Virus record (IMG/VR): IMGVR_UViG_3300049167_000097
Length of the DNA: 64,000 bases
DNA from: an uncultured virus (IMG/VR IMGVR_UViG_3300049167_000097)
Taxonomy: Duplodnaviria > Heunggongvirae > Uroviricota > Caudoviricetes
Reading direction: 5' to 3' (one strand)
Shown here: in pieces, positions 9,153 through 18,659 of the stretch
Position numbering within the stretch: position 1 is the first letter of the stretch
How the letters are laid out: each line of letters opens with the position of its first letter
Made by a program: the position numbers and the translations under genes
The notes under the pieces: generated by a model
What the model was told of the DNA's origin: nothing
Databases searched by the model: none
Seen by the model: only the letters and a program-made list of their open reading frames with translations

Positions 9153-9392
9153 GTGCCCCGCCGCCGAACCCCACTCCCAGACTGGATCCACCCCCGACTC
9201 GTAGACCTCGGGCACAGGATCGCCACGCTGCGCCGCGACCGGGGCTACTCACAGGACGACCTCGCCGAACGAACCGGCCTCGAGCGGCGCAGCATCCAGC
9301 GCTACGAGAACGCGGTACGACCGCCGGGTGTCGCCGAACTTCTCCTCATCGCCGCCGCCCTCGACGTAGATGTGACTGATCTATTCGAGTAG
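9153..9392 (+). CDS. XRE-family HTH regulator
   Basis: RIATLRRDRGYSQDDLAERTGLERRSIQRYE. Confidence 0.85.
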   Translation: MPRRRTPLPDWIHPRLVDLGHRIATLRRDRGYSQDDLAERTGLERRSIQRYENAVRPPGVAELLLIAAALDVDVTDLFE

Positions 9393-9756
9393 ACACAAGC
9401 GCGAGGCCGTTCGTGCCACCACTGTGCGACTCGACGTAAATACGCCAGCCGCCCAGACTCCGGCCGTGGCGATCGAACTAACGGATGACCCTGGCGAGCT
9501 CCAGCGTGCGGCGGATGCGGCGCGGGCTGATGGACTTTACGGATGCCCGCCTAGTGAAAACCCTTGTCACATTGCCGATCCCGGCAAAGTGACTCATCTC
9601 CGCAGGTCGAGACGCTTTCTGGGCGCCCAGGAAGCGTGACAGCAGCAAGCCCCGCCGTCCGGTGCATCACGCCAGACGACGGGGCCAGGAGCAATCCCGC
9701 GCTTGCTCGGTGGGATCGATGTGCCCACGGTAACGCCGGCCACTGACAGTCCAGCG

Positions 9757-9951
9757 CTACGGCCACGTGGCCAGCTGCCGCCCGTCGGCCGCGGTCAGGG
9801 TGACGCTAGCGCCGGGCATGCTGCCGCGCTCGCCGATCCAGCTGAGCATCTTGTGGTCCGCCGTGCGCCGGTCCGCCCACCAGCCTTGCATCGTGGGCCT
9901 ACCGTCGATCGCGAAGACGAGGTGGTACCGCTGCGGGTCAGGCTCGGGCAT
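9757..9951 (-). CDS. Small hypothetical protein (RYHLVFAIDGRPTMQGWW)
   Basis: Globular composition in accessory cluster. Confidence 0.6.
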   Translation of the reverse strand: MPEPDPQRYHLVFAIDGRPTMQGWWADRRTADHKMLSWIGERGSMPGASVTLTAADGRQLATWP

Positions 9952-9990
9952 GACCCCAGGATCGCAGGTCACACCCCGACCGGCGTGGGG

Positions 9991-10305
9991 TTAGACGGAG
10001 GGGCGGCGCATCTGCTGCACCATCTCGTGCATCACCAACACACCCGGAGCGGACTGCGCCAGCTCGACTTTGAGCTGCCGGTCCAGGACGAATGCCATCT
10101 GAAGAGCCAGCGGCGTCCGGCGCGGGGCTCCCATCGCCTCGAGCTTGCCGCGCAGCTGCTTTGCCGCTTCCGCCATCACGGCCAGGGCGGTGTTCGCTTG
10201 GGCGGCCATCTGCTTGCGCAGTTCGGTTGGCTCGGGCGCGGGGTGCTCGTGCCGGTCCAGTTGCCGCAGGGCGCGCTCAGGGTTCGGGTACGGGCGGTAG
10301 GCCAT
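9991..10305 (-). CDS. Hypothetical protein (MAYRPYPN...)
   Basis: AAGGGGAG RBS. Confidence 0.55.
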   Translation of the reverse strand: MAYRPYPNPERALRQLDRHEHPAPEPTELRKQMAAQANTALAVMAEAAKQLRGKLEAMGAPRRTPLALQMAFVLDRQLKVELAQSAPGVLVMHEMVQQMRRPSV

Positions 10306-10357
10306 GACTCCCCTTCTCCTTGTGTGCCCCAAGGATGGCAGGCCTGGCCGACAGCAC

Positions 10358-10378
10358 TAGACTCGAACGCGTGTCCGA
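10358..10378 (+). promoter_or_regulatory. Leaderless promoter with LexA box over the start codon
   Basis: TAGACT -10 (10358-10363); TCGAAC-GCGT-GTCCGA (10363-10378); GTG at 10371. Confidence 0.7.
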
Positions 10379-10706
10379 GCTTCCGCCTGATCTCCCCCGC
10401 CTACGCACCCTGGAGACGTGGCTCCGGCTACAGCTTGAGTTCGTCCGGCGGGCCATCACGGCGGCTGAGCGGCAGGAGCAGGAACGGCTTCGGGGCGAGG
10501 CGCATCGGCCGCCCGTGCCGGACTGGACGCTCGAAACCGGCATCGGCGCCGACCACGCTCCGGTGTACGTGCACGTCGGCGGGTGTCACATGGCAGGCAA
10601 GCGGCAGAAGGCGGTCGGTCGGGAGCAGGCGTTGCGGGCGCTCGTCGATGGCGTCGAGGCATGCGGACACTGCCGGCCCGACACCGAGCTCGGCGTGCTG
10701 GAGTGA
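10371..10706 (+). CDS. DUF6233-like protein
   Basis: LPPDLPRL...VHVGGCHM...EACGHCRPDTELG motif. Confidence 0.75.
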   Translation: MSELPPDLPRLRTLETWLRLQLEFVRRAITAAERQEQERLRGEAHRPPVPDWTLETGIGADHAPVYVHVGGCHMAGKRQKAVGREQALRALVDGVEACGHCRPDTELGVLE

Positions 10707-10729
10707 GTGGTCGGGCGCAGCATGGACAG

Positions 10730-10951
10730 ATGAGTGCGCCCATCGTCGTGCACCGGCTGTCCGCTACTGGCGGCCGACGGGTGACCATGCGCCGGGGCGG
10801 GCGGGACGAGATCCTCGGCTTGGCCCACAGTGATCACGATCTGGTGGTGTTCCTCGAGAACGCTGGGATCTTGGACCCGGAGCCGCTCCTCGACGACACC
10901 ACGTGGGTGGAGTGGCGGGGCGGCCGGGCGCATCAGTGGGACGCGGCGTGA
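10730..10951 (+). CDS. Small hypothetical protein (PIVVHR..GGRRVT...ILGLAHS..VEWRGG)
   Basis: Typical Streptomyces small-protein sequence. Confidence 0.65.
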   Translation: MSAPIVVHRLSATGGRRVTMRRGGRDEILGLAHSDHDLVVFLENAGILDPEPLLDDTTWVEWRGGRAHQWDAA

Positions 10952-11065
10952 CGCAAATGCCGCCCCGCCTGCGGGATCCGTATGCGGTGACCTCCGGGAT
11001 GCGGGTGCCCGCCAGCTGGGTGACCCTGATGAAAGTGCCCTGTCCCCACGCATCAGGGAGGCCCC

Positions 11066-11341
11066 GTGATCATTGAGAAGCTGCATGAGAAAGGCTTCCG
11101 CAGCGAGCACGCCTACGCTGCAGCCTTCGCGTCGATCGGCCTGTCCATCGCCACCTGGGCCCTGTCGCTCAACGCCGAGCCCGGCGCTGGCGTCGCGCGA
11201 GCCGACCGATGGGGAATCTTCGTCGGCGAATGGGCGCCTACGTTCTTCGGCCTCGGGCTGGCGCTCTCCCACTACGAGCAGCAGGACGGCACGCTCACCG
11301 CGAGCGTCCACCCGCTCTATCCGGAACAGGAAGCCATGTAG
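11066..11341 (+). CDS. Small membrane protein
   Basis: GGAGG RBS, two hydrophobic segments, ADRWGIFVGEWAPTFF; followed by terminator. Confidence 0.75.
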   Translation: MIIEKLHEKGFRSEHAYAAAFASIGLSIATWALSLNAEPGAGVARADRWGIFVGEWAPTFFGLGLALSHYEQQDGTLTASVHPLYPEQEAM

Positions 11342-11344
11342 CAC

Positions 11345-11377
11345 AAAACGCCCGCCCCTCCTCGGGGCGGGCGTTTT
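11345..11377. terminator. Bidirectional intrinsic terminator
   Basis: AAAACGCCCGCCCC-N5-GGGGCGGGCGTTTT between convergent genes. Confidence 0.85.
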
Positions 11378-11433
11378 GGTTAACAGGCAGGCCCGACGCC
11401 AGTGTGGCACGAGGCGCCGACAGACGTCCCGCG

Positions 11434-11709
11434 CTAGAAGACCTGAACCTCGACCGACGCTGGAGCTGCGGGCACGTGGGCCTTATATGTCAACCGCTTC
11501 ACTGCTGACGCCGGAACGATCGTCACCGAGTACTCGGTCTGCCCTCCGTAAGCCGGGGCGTTGTTCTGCGGATCGATGTGAAGGAAACCACCCTCAACGG
11601 CCACCCGTACCGCCGTCAGACGGGCAAGGAGGTCGTGCTCGGCGCGAGGATTGGGCACAAGCCCGTCGTGCAGTTCGACGTCAGCGGTACGCCAGTTCAG
11701 TGTGCTCAT
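11434..11709 (-). CDS. Hypothetical protein (MSTLNWRTAD...)
   Basis: GGAG RBS; ends near terminator. Confidence 0.55.
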   Translation of the reverse strand: MSTLNWRTADVELHDGLVPNPRAEHDLLARLTAVRVAVEGGFLHIDPQNNAPAYGGQTEYSVTIVPASAVKRLTYKAHVPAAPASVEVQVF

Positions 11710-11814
11710 GTCGGCTCCGTGCAGGAAGGCGACCGGACTGGTCGCGGAGTTCGGCAAGAGTCGCACGAGGCACTGACAACCGACTCCCGAATCAGGCAAC
11801 TCCTGCACAGAACG

Positions 11815-12378
11815 CTACTGCCGTCCGGCGAAGGTCTCCTCGAGCACTGCCGCGATCCCGCGGTCATACCCGTCCCGAAGCGGTACCAGGTCTTTCCGGC
11901 CTGGGCCTGTCTTCGAGATGCCGAAGTACGCCTCGACGTGCTGCATTGGTGCACCGTCTTCCAGCACCGTGGCGATCGCCGCCCGACGGAGGTCGTGCAC
12001 GTCTACACCCAACTGGGCCTGGTGCATACGGTCCTGGAATACGCGGTGCACCATGTGCGGGATGCCCTGGGTCTTCAAGCCCAGGAGCAGCGGCTCCTCT
12101 GGAGCCGTCTCCTTGTCGCCCAGGTAGGCCTTGATGCGGTCAGCCGCCGATCGGGCGACCTGGATCGTGCGAGGCCGGCGCGCACCGCCCACCGTCAACT
12201 GCGGATCCTCGCCAGGTGACCAGTCCCGCACCAGCAGGCTCGTCATCTCCGACGGCCGCAGCCCAGCCAGCAGCATCAGTGATACGCCGGCATACAGCAG
12301 CGGATCATCCCTCGTCGCCTCCACCGCAGCACACGCCACAGAGGGCTCCACCAGAGGGCGTTCTACAGTCCTCACCAT
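11815..12378 (-). CDS. Truncated/degenerate tyrosine-recombinase catalytic domain
   Basis: AGLRPSE and HDLRR motifs; LGH replaced by FGI; no Tyr at the usual spacing; no N-terminal domain. Confidence 0.7.
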   Translation of the reverse strand: MVRTVERPLVEPSVACAAVEATRDDPLLYAGVSLMLLAGLRPSEMTSLLVRDWSPGEDPQLTVGGARRPRTIQVARSAADRIKAYLGDKETAPEEPLLLGLKTQGIPHMVHRVFQDRMHQAQLGVDVHDLRRAAIATVLEDGAPMQHVEAYFGISKTGPGRKDLVPLRDGYDRGIAAVLEETFAGRQ

Positions 12379-12452
12379 CCTGAGACCGTAGCGACCGGCA
12401 CGGGAGCAAGGGGGGAAACAGCGGAACGCCCTCCCGAAGGAGGAGCGCCCGG

Positions 12453-12638
12453 TTAGGTCAGTGGGCAGTCATGCTCAAAGGGCGGTTCAGGGATTGGGCA
12501 CCCGCACCATGGGCAGACCCGCTCACTGATCACCCGCATGAGGAAGTCGTAGTCGTCCAGCGGGTGGAGGGCACAGTAGGTGCTGCCCTTCACCGCCTCG
12601 TTCTGGCATCCGTCATCGACGTCGTACCTGCACTTCAT
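12453..12638 (-). CDS. Small Cys/His-rich protein
   Basis: AAGGAG RBS; C..C..YCALH..CPWCG..HDC. Confidence 0.5.
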   Translation of the reverse strand: MKCRYDVDDGCQNEAVKGSTYCALHPLDDYDFLMRVISERVCPWCGCPIPEPPFEHDCPLT

Positions 12639-12736
12639 GCCCGCTCCTTCGGGTTGGCGTCCCGAGCGGGGGCGTGTGTACGTCCGCCCGCCCGGAAATG
12701 CAAACCGTCGTGCAGACCAGCGCGCATAACGTCTTG

Positions 12737-13060
12737 TTAGGTGCCGCGCTCGCGCCGCTGTCGGGCGGCGAGGACATGGATGGCGAGCTTCGCCTCGTAC
12801 AAGGCGCGCCGCTGGTCGTATGTCAGGTGATGGGGCAGGAGTTCCACCTGCTCCCATGCTGCGCTGCGCAGCTGCCGGGCCAGTCGGACCTGCTCATGCC
12901 GTAGGGCGACCTTCAGGCCGGTGATGCTGGCATCCAGTTGCTTCAGTGCGGCCCGCTGCTTCTTCGGCAGTTTGTTCCGTGGAGTGGGTAGCTGTCGCTG
13001 CTTCCGCTCCTCCCAGCTCGGACCGCCGGTGACGAAGCGAACCCGCGGGCGACCGTTCAC
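12737..13060 (-). CDS. Hypothetical basic protein
   Basis: GTGA coupling to the recombinase gene. Confidence 0.55.
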   Translation of the reverse strand: MNGRPRVRFVTGGPSWEERKQRQLPTPRNKLPKKQRAALKQLDASITGLKVALRHEQVRLARQLRSAAWEQVELLPHHLTYDQRRALYEAKLAIHVLAARQRRERGT

Positions 13061-14088
13061 GGCCTCTCCTCGGGCTGGAGCCGCTCGGCGAGTCGGCTGG
13101 CGAGGGCGTAAGCGGGGTGGTTGTCAAGCTGTCGTCGGCGCCGGTTGTAGCGCTGAGTGGTGCGCGGGTCGGAGTGGGAGACGGCGTCCTGGACGTCTTG
13201 GAGGGGCACGCCGTTGGCGAGGTTGTCGGTGATGAACTGGTGCCGCAGGGTGTGAGGCTTGATGCTGGCGGCCTGGGGAAGGCCGGCTTGGCGGGCGAGG
13301 ACGCGGAGGTGCTTCCAGACTTCGGGCTGGGTCCAGCGCCGACCGGAGTCCGTCACGAAGAGGGGGCCGTCGGTGCGGTCGCCGAGGTAGGCGAGGATCG
13401 CTTCGAGGGCGAGCGGCGGGACGGGTGCGGGCCGCTTCTTGCCGCCCTTCTGGGTGAGGGGAAGGGTTCGGTGGCCGCGGTCGTAGCCGAGCTGGTCGGC
13501 GTTGAGGGAGAGGAGTTCGTCGACGCGGGCACCGGTGAGGTAGAGGAGCATGACGAGGGCGTAGGAGCGGGGCGCCCAGTCGCGGGCGGTCTCGACGAGC
13601 CGCATCGTCTCCTCCTCCGTCATCCCCTCTGTCGGCGAGTAGTCGGGGTCGACGTAGGGCCGGTTGACGGCGGCGAACGGGTCGCTGTCGACAGCTTGGA
13701 GGCGGGCGGCGTAGGTGTAGAAGCTCCCGGCGGCGGCGAGGGCTTGCGCCTGCGTCGTCTCGGCGGGCGGCTTGCCGGTGCGGGTGGGGGTCTTGGCGAG
13801 GTGCTTGGCGTAGGCGTCGGCGAGCGGCAGCTTCGCCCGGAGAGGGTGGACGGTGGTGGAGCGGGCGTACTCCTCCCACGCCTTGAAGGTGCGCACGTAA
13901 GCGCGCCTGGTGTGGCGGCTCTTTTGGCGGGCGATCCATCCTCCGGCGATGGTGGGCAGCGGGTCGCGGTCGCCGTAGATGGTGGTGAGGTGGTCGGCGA
14001 GTTGGCGGGCTTCGTCGGGCCAGTCGTCGCGGGGGTCGTGCCGGTCGGTCGACAGCTCCGCCGACGGACGCGGGACGAGGGCGGTCAC
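13057..14088 (-). CDS. XerC/D-like tyrosine recombinase (resolvase type)
   Basis: TGARVDE, QKGGK, PHTLRH, SHSDPRTTQRY; all catalytic residues present. Confidence 0.9.
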   Translation of the reverse strand: MTALVPRPSAELSTDRHDPRDDWPDEARQLADHLTTIYGDRDPLPTIAGGWIARQKSRHTRRAYVRTFKAWEEYARSTTVHPLRAKLPLADAYAKHLAKTPTRTGKPPAETTQAQALAAAGSFYTYAARLQAVDSDPFAAVNRPYVDPDYSPTEGMTEEETMRLVETARDWAPRSYALVMLLYLTGARVDELLSLNADQLGYDRGHRTLPLTQKGGKKRPAPVPPLALEAILAYLGDRTDGPLFVTDSGRRWTQPEVWKHLRVLARQAGLPQAASIKPHTLRHQFITDNLANGVPLQDVQDAVSHSDPRTTQRYNRRRRQLDNHPAYALASRLAERLQPEERP

Positions 14089-14444
14089 ACGTACTCTCCG
14101 GGCCGCAGGGGATGGTCACTGCCCGGACACGGGCCGCCTGCCCATTGAGCATGCGGCAGCGTGCACTTCACGCACCGCTGCACATGGTCCTCGCCCCACT
14201 GGAAGTCGTGCTCTTCACCCTCGTCCTCGTCGTCCTCCAGGGACGCGCCGTTCTCTACGTCCATGCGAGCGAGGATGGAGGTGAGCATGGCGCGAGCCAG
14301 ACGCGTCTCCTTGTCTTCGGTGACGGCCGTGATCATCGCGTCCTCGCGCATGACGCAGTTCTCGCGAATCGCCGTCTCGATGTACTCCAGGATCTCGCTG
14401 TAGGAGCCGGGGCCCTTGCTGTCCAGTCGATGCCTCATGCTCAC
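14085..14444 (-). CDS. Hypothetical protein
   Basis: GAGGAG RBS; coupled to recombinase. Confidence 0.6.
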   Translation of the reverse strand: MSMRHRLDSKGPGSYSEILEYIETAIRENCVMREDAMITAVTEDKETRLARAMLTSILARMDVENGASLEDDEDEGEEHDFQWGEDHVQRCVKCTLPHAQWAGGPCPGSDHPLRPGEYV

Positions 14445-14454
14445 ACACTCCTCA

Positions 14455-14482
14455 GTATTGGATAACTGTCATTATCAACCAT
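14455..14482. other. dif/Xer-like 11-6-11 recombination site
   Basis: GTATTGGATAA-CTGTCA-TTATCAACCAT just upstream of the Xer-like operon. Confidence 0.6.
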
Positions 14483-14546
14483 AGAGTTGCCGGGCGGAGG
14501 CAGTTCCCCCAAAGTGGCGAGGCACCCCTGAACACCCGGAGACCTC

Positions 14547-15110
14547 ATGAGCGAGACCAGTAACTCCCCACTCGGCTTCGAGCCGCCGATACCGCATCTC
14601 CTCGACGGCGTAGACGAGGACGAGCTGACGATCAACATGGGGCTTGGGCTCGTAGGACGGAAGGCCGCGGAAGCCGAGTACATCCTCCACGGCATCTACG
14701 TCCATCTCGTCCAGGCAGAGAAGGCATACACCGAACTAGCCGTTGCCACCGGAGGGAAGCTCGTCCAGCAGTGCAAGGTCGAGCTGGCGTCGGCCGCTCT
14801 CCCTGACTCGTGCAAGGAGTCGCTCAGCGATGACCTGGAGGCTGCAGACGAAGTATTCCGCCTCAGGAACCGTTACCTACACGGCTACTGGATCTACGAC
14901 GCCGAGTCGTACCAGTGGCTCACCTTGAAGGGCGCGCACGGGATGCAGCGGCCGGAGGTCACCTTCATCGAACCCCAGCACGTCTGGGAGCTGGCTGACC
15001 GGCTCCAGCATCTTTGCGATCGGCTGCTCCACTGGGACATTAGACACTTCGGCGAGCCGGCCGAGGATGACGACGGACATCAGGGCCTCGTCTCTCGGAA
15101 GACGATCTGA
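14547..15110 (+). CDS. Putative HEPN-like protein (moron)
   Basis: All-helical pattern with RNRYLH (RNxxxH) motif. Confidence 0.5.
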   Translation: MSETSNSPLGFEPPIPHLLDGVDEDELTINMGLGLVGRKAAEAEYILHGIYVHLVQAEKAYTELAVATGGKLVQQCKVELASAALPDSCKESLSDDLEAADEVFRLRNRYLHGYWIYDAESYQWLTLKGAHGMQRPEVTFIEPQHVWELADRLQHLCDRLLHWDIRHFGEPAEDDDGHQGLVSRKTI

Positions 15111-15123
15111 CCAGTGCTGGCTT

Positions 15124-15375
15124 CTACTCGCCCTGGGAAGGGTCCTTGACTGTGGCGTAGACCTCCGGCTCGGGATGCCCGGCAGGGAAGCGCCAGAGGT
15201 GCCGCTGCGCGTTGTACACCGCATCGGACTTGAACTGGTCTCCACCGCGGGACTTGCCTCCGCACGGGCAACACCAGTGCCAGAGCACTCCCTTGGTGGC
15301 GTAGTCACTCGGGACTGGCGCCGCTGGAGGTTGTGGCTCGCTGCCCCTCCGTGCGCGTCGAAGCCATCCGAGCAC
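15124..15375 (-). CDS. Small hypothetical protein (possible Zn finger)
   Basis: GGGGGAG RBS; CCPCG...H...H. Confidence 0.4.
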   Translation of the reverse strand: MLGWLRRARRGSEPQPPAAPVPSDYATKGVLWHWCCPCGGKSRGGDQFKSDAVYNAQRHLWRFPAGHPEPEVYATVKDPSQGE

Positions 15376-15653
15376 AGCAGCTCCCCCGCTCCCTGCGTCT
15401 ACCCCGCAGCTGGTTTGGCTCAGCCCCTGGGGGCGGCCACCGTGATACCGCATGTTATCGAGGGTCGCCCCGCTCAACCGGCAGCGCTCAGGGGAACGTT
15501 ATGCGCTATCCGGCGTCATGGGGGTTGGCTCGCACAACGCTCCGAAAACACAACGTCGATGCACACAGGGGACGCTGCTCACTCGGCCCCTGCGTCTATC
15601 CACCACTCCAACGCCATCTCACGGAGCGCGTCGGCTGAGCGAGAGGCGTCCCC

Positions 15654-16127
15654 TCATGCAGTGTCGGTGATGTCCAGCGTCCACCGCTGCTGGAAGCCGC
15701 CGAAGCTGCCGAGTCGGGTTGCGAGTGCCCGGAGAGCGGCATAGGCGTCGTCGCGCCGCTCGGGATTGCCATCCGTGATGTGCTGCGCACACGGTTCGAT
15801 CACATGCGTGGCGACGAGGCCGGGGCCGTCGTGATCGACGGTCGTTGCCCACCATCTGCAGCCAGCGCGTGTGAACTCAGTGAGCTGGTCTACGTCAGCC
15901 TTGATGCAGTGGCCGGCAATGCGGGCCTGGTGCATGGCGAGCCCGGCTCGACGGAACTCGCGGCCAAGGGTGCTGATTCCGCGGGGCGCGGCTGGCCGGT
16001 CGCGGACTGCCTTGGCGAGCTCAGAGAAGGAGTAGGGCGCGAAGGCGACGGGGAGATTGTCGACCAGCAAGGCGCGGGTCTGTGCGGTCTCGAAGAGGTC
16101 TGCCGCGCGGTCAAGGCTGTGAAGCAT
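15654..16127 (-). CDS. Hypothetical protein
   Basis: GAGGA RBS. Confidence 0.55.
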   Translation of the reverse strand: MLHSLDRAADLFETAQTRALLVDNLPVAFAPYSFSELAKAVRDRPAAPRGISTLGREFRRAGLAMHQARIAGHCIKADVDQLTEFTRAGCRWWATTVDHDGPGLVATHVIEPCAQHITDGNPERRDDAYAALRALATRLGSFGGFQQRWTLDITDTA

Positions 16128-16318
16128 GCTTTGTCCTCATGTTCGTTGGCCCCGCGCCACCGATCACTGTCCTCGCAGCGCACCCGTGCCACAATGCCAA
16201 CCGGTGTGAACAGGGTCACAAAACGAGCTCCAGTCGTGTCACGGCTTGATGACAGACCCGCCCGAGCCTTCGGGCCCAAGCACCCGTGCATCCCGTTCGG
16301 CGTGCCTAGTTGACGCGT

Positions 16319-16341
16319 TTGTCAGTCCTGGCCCCTACGCT
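16319..16341 (+). promoter_or_regulatory. RecA-NDp-like promoter (leaderless)
   Basis: TTGTCAGTC-N8-TACGCT; ATG at 16348. Confidence 0.5.
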
Positions 16342-16347
16342 CCCCGG

Positions 16348-16881
16348 ATGACTCCCGAGAACCTGATCGTGTCGGCAGCAGCCGTTCTCTCTGCCGCTGT
16401 CGCCATCTCCGTACCGTGGTTCGCCTTCCGGTATGCACTGCGGCAGGAACACTCCCGTTGGCTCCGAGAGCAGCGAGCGGCTCTCTACGCCGACATGCTC
16501 GTGGAGGCGCTTGCTGAGCAACAGTGGTGCCAGTACGTCATGGCCAGCGAGTCCACTCAGGCGATCTCCGACTTTGAGGACATGCGACTCCCTCGCCTTG
16601 AGCGTGCACGCCTCGGCGCTCGCGGAAGCTCGCTCGGCAGCAAGCAGGTCAACCGGTTGTTCAATGAGGTAGGCGCCGTCATCGGCCGCCTTCACATGGC
16701 CTACACCTTGGCGCAGGTCGACAGAGACACGGCCCAGATGCAGCTGCGCATATTGGCGGGCCAGGCCTTCGACCGCCTTGAAGCAGGGATCCGCGAGGAG
16801 TTGGATGCCGACCAGCCGCTCGCCCGCCCTTGGCTCAGGCGATCCGCTACGCCAGAAACCGGCCGGGTCACGGATCGGTGA
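16348..16881 (+). CDS. Membrane-anchored helical moron protein
   Basis: N-terminal TM segment LIVSAAAVLSAAVAISVPWFAF. Confidence 0.65.
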   Translation: MTPENLIVSAAAVLSAAVAISVPWFAFRYALRQEHSRWLREQRAALYADMLVEALAEQQWCQYVMASESTQAISDFEDMRLPRLERARLGARGSSLGSKQVNRLFNEVGAVIGRLHMAYTLAQVDRDTAQMQLRILAGQAFDRLEAGIREELDADQPLARPWLRRSATPETGRVTDR

Positions 16882-16947
16882 CGGTACGCACAGGCTCTCC
16901 GCATGCGGTCTAGCGTGTTCCGCTCTAGGCCAATCTTGGGGGGACAT

Positions 16948-17673
16948 ATGCGCGTTCGCGCTACCGCGGCTACGGCTGCCCTGCTTCTGGCCGCGCTCAC
17001 CGCCTGCGGTGGCAGTGAGGGCTCGAGCAGCAAGTCGCCAGCGAAGGGGAAGCCGTCGACTGCGCCGGCGGTGGATTGTTCGGATCAGAGTCTTAGCCAG
17101 GCGGAGTGGATGGAGCACTGCTCCGACGAGGGCGCCGGTACTGGCGGGGACGGGAAGGACACCGCGGCCCCGGAGACGAAGCCGATGCCGCTGGGGAAGA
17201 CGGTGGAGACGATCGGCTCGGAGAGCCCGGTCGACGGTGGTCCCGGCGGAGGAGGGCTCGAGGTCACGCCGACGACGATCGTGTACCAGAAGGAGGCCAT
17301 GGGGAACACGGCCCTCAACGGCACCTTCGCAATCATCACCGTGAAGGACAAGGCACCGAACGCAGTCGATGCTGCCGAGTCCGCCCCCGTCGAGGGCGGC
17401 GGCTGGCAGTGGATCACCCCGGACGGCCAGGCGCTGGACGAGGGCGACAACGAGGCCAGCAACATCACGCCGAACGGGTTCACCGGCGGCGGCACCATCA
17501 AAGCCGGCACCTGGGCATGGCGCACCGTCGCGTTCGACATCACCGAAGCCCAGCGCGGTGGCGTACTCCTGTACACCGACGGCAGCGGCCAGACGTTCCG
17601 CTGGCAGATGCCCGCTACCGAGAAGGGTCCCGAGCTTGCCTCCCTGAAGAAGGGCATGGAGGGCGAGTACTAG
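16948..17673 (+). CDS. Lipoprotein (superinfection-exclusion candidate)
   Basis: Signal peptide with LTAC lipobox; oriented against the lysis genes. Confidence 0.75.
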   Translation: MRVRATAATAALLLAALTACGGSEGSSSKSPAKGKPSTAPAVDCSDQSLSQAEWMEHCSDEGAGTGGDGKDTAAPETKPMPLGKTVETIGSESPVDGGPGGGGLEVTPTTIVYQKEAMGNTALNGTFAIITVKDKAPNAVDAAESAPVEGGGWQWITPDGQALDEGDNEASNITPNGFTGGGTIKAGTWAWRTVAFDITEAQRGGVLLYTDGSGQTFRWQMPATEKGPELASLKKGMEGEY

Positions 17674-17691
17674 GCGCAGCAGTACCAGCCC

Positions 17692-18387
17692 TCATGGGTA
17701 CTGTCGACGGCTTGGCTCAAGGCCCATCGACAGCAGGCCCGGCCCTTCCGGGGTAGGCGACGGGGCAGGCGGTGCCCCATCACGCCGACACACCAAAGCG
17801 TCGGGATCATCGGGCGGGGGCTGGAGGCTGTACCCGTCGGGGCACGCTGGTCCGGCTGGGCCGCGCTCTCCCTGCTCCCCTCGGGGGCCCTGCTCGCCAC
17901 GTTCGCCCTGCGGACCGGCGGGGCCCTGTGGTCCTTCCGGTCCGGCTGGGCCCTGCTGCCCGTCGGCGCCGGGCTGACCGTCGTTTCCGTCCTGCCCTGA
18001 TTGCCCAGCCGCGCCGGGTGAGCCCGTCGGGCCCGGGTCTCCCGGTTCCCCGTCCTCCCCTGGTACGCCGGCCGGGCCGGGTGGTCCGGGGATTGGGACC
18101 GGTACCTCGGCCCGGTCCGGCAGGTCATCGACCGCCCGCGCCGGGTCCGGTGCGGCGGGTGTGTCGCCGCCCGCTTCAATCTGCGCCCGCAGGATCCTTA
18201 CGTCACCGGCCAGCGTGCTGACAGCCTCACCGCGCTTGTTGGCCTCGGCGGCGAGTTGGTCCGCTCGACTCGTTGCTGCATCTGTCTGGCCCCACATGAT
18301 GACCGCTGCTCCGGAGAGAGCTACGAGCCAGCACAGGAGCGCGATCCAGCGCCAGCGTCCAGCGAGGACGCGTACTGTGCGGGTCAC
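17692..18387 (-). CDS. Membrane-anchored collagen-like protein of the lysis cassette
   Basis: N-terminal TM, coiled coil, Gly-X-Y repeats. Confidence 0.85.
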   Translation of the reverse strand: MTRTVRVLAGRWRWIALLCWLVALSGAAVIMWGQTDAATSRADQLAAEANKRGEAVSTLAGDVRILRAQIEAGGDTPAAPDPARAVDDLPDRAEVPVPIPGPPGPAGVPGEDGEPGDPGPTGSPGAAGQSGQDGNDGQPGADGQQGPAGPEGPQGPAGPQGERGEQGPRGEQGERGPAGPACPDGYSLQPPPDDPDALVCRRDGAPPAPSPTPEGPGLLSMGLEPSRRQYP

Positions 18388-18650
18388 GGTTCTCCTCCAA
18401 GGTTGATGACCTTCATGCGTAGGCGGGTGATCTCGACGAGATCCTCGTGCCGTTGAAGGTGGAGGGCAGCGAGTTCGGCCTGCGCGGCGGCTAGCTTCTC
18501 GTCGACTCGGTTCCGTTCCTCTTGGACTTGGTCAGTCACCGAGTTAAAGCGGGTCAGGGCGTTCTCTGAGCGCTTCCCGAGGTACGCCACCACGCCGCCG
18601 ACGACTGCGCCCACGCCAACGAGGAGGCTGCCGAGGGTGGTGGCGTCCAA
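18384..18650 (-). CDS. Small TM plus coiled-coil lysis-cassette protein
   Basis: One TM segment then coiled coil; follows holin. Confidence 0.7.
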   Translation of the reverse strand: MDATTLGSLLVGVGAVVGGVVAYLGKRSENALTRFNSVTDQVQEERNRVDEKLAAAQAELAALHLQRHEDLVEITRLRMKVINLGGEP

Positions 18651-18659
18651 CGGTGCTCC

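Noticed and set aside
17850..18095. Repetitive GC-rich DNA as a tandem repeat or CRISPR array
   Set aside because: It encodes collagen Gly-X-Y triplets; no constant repeat-spacer structure was seen anywhere in the window.
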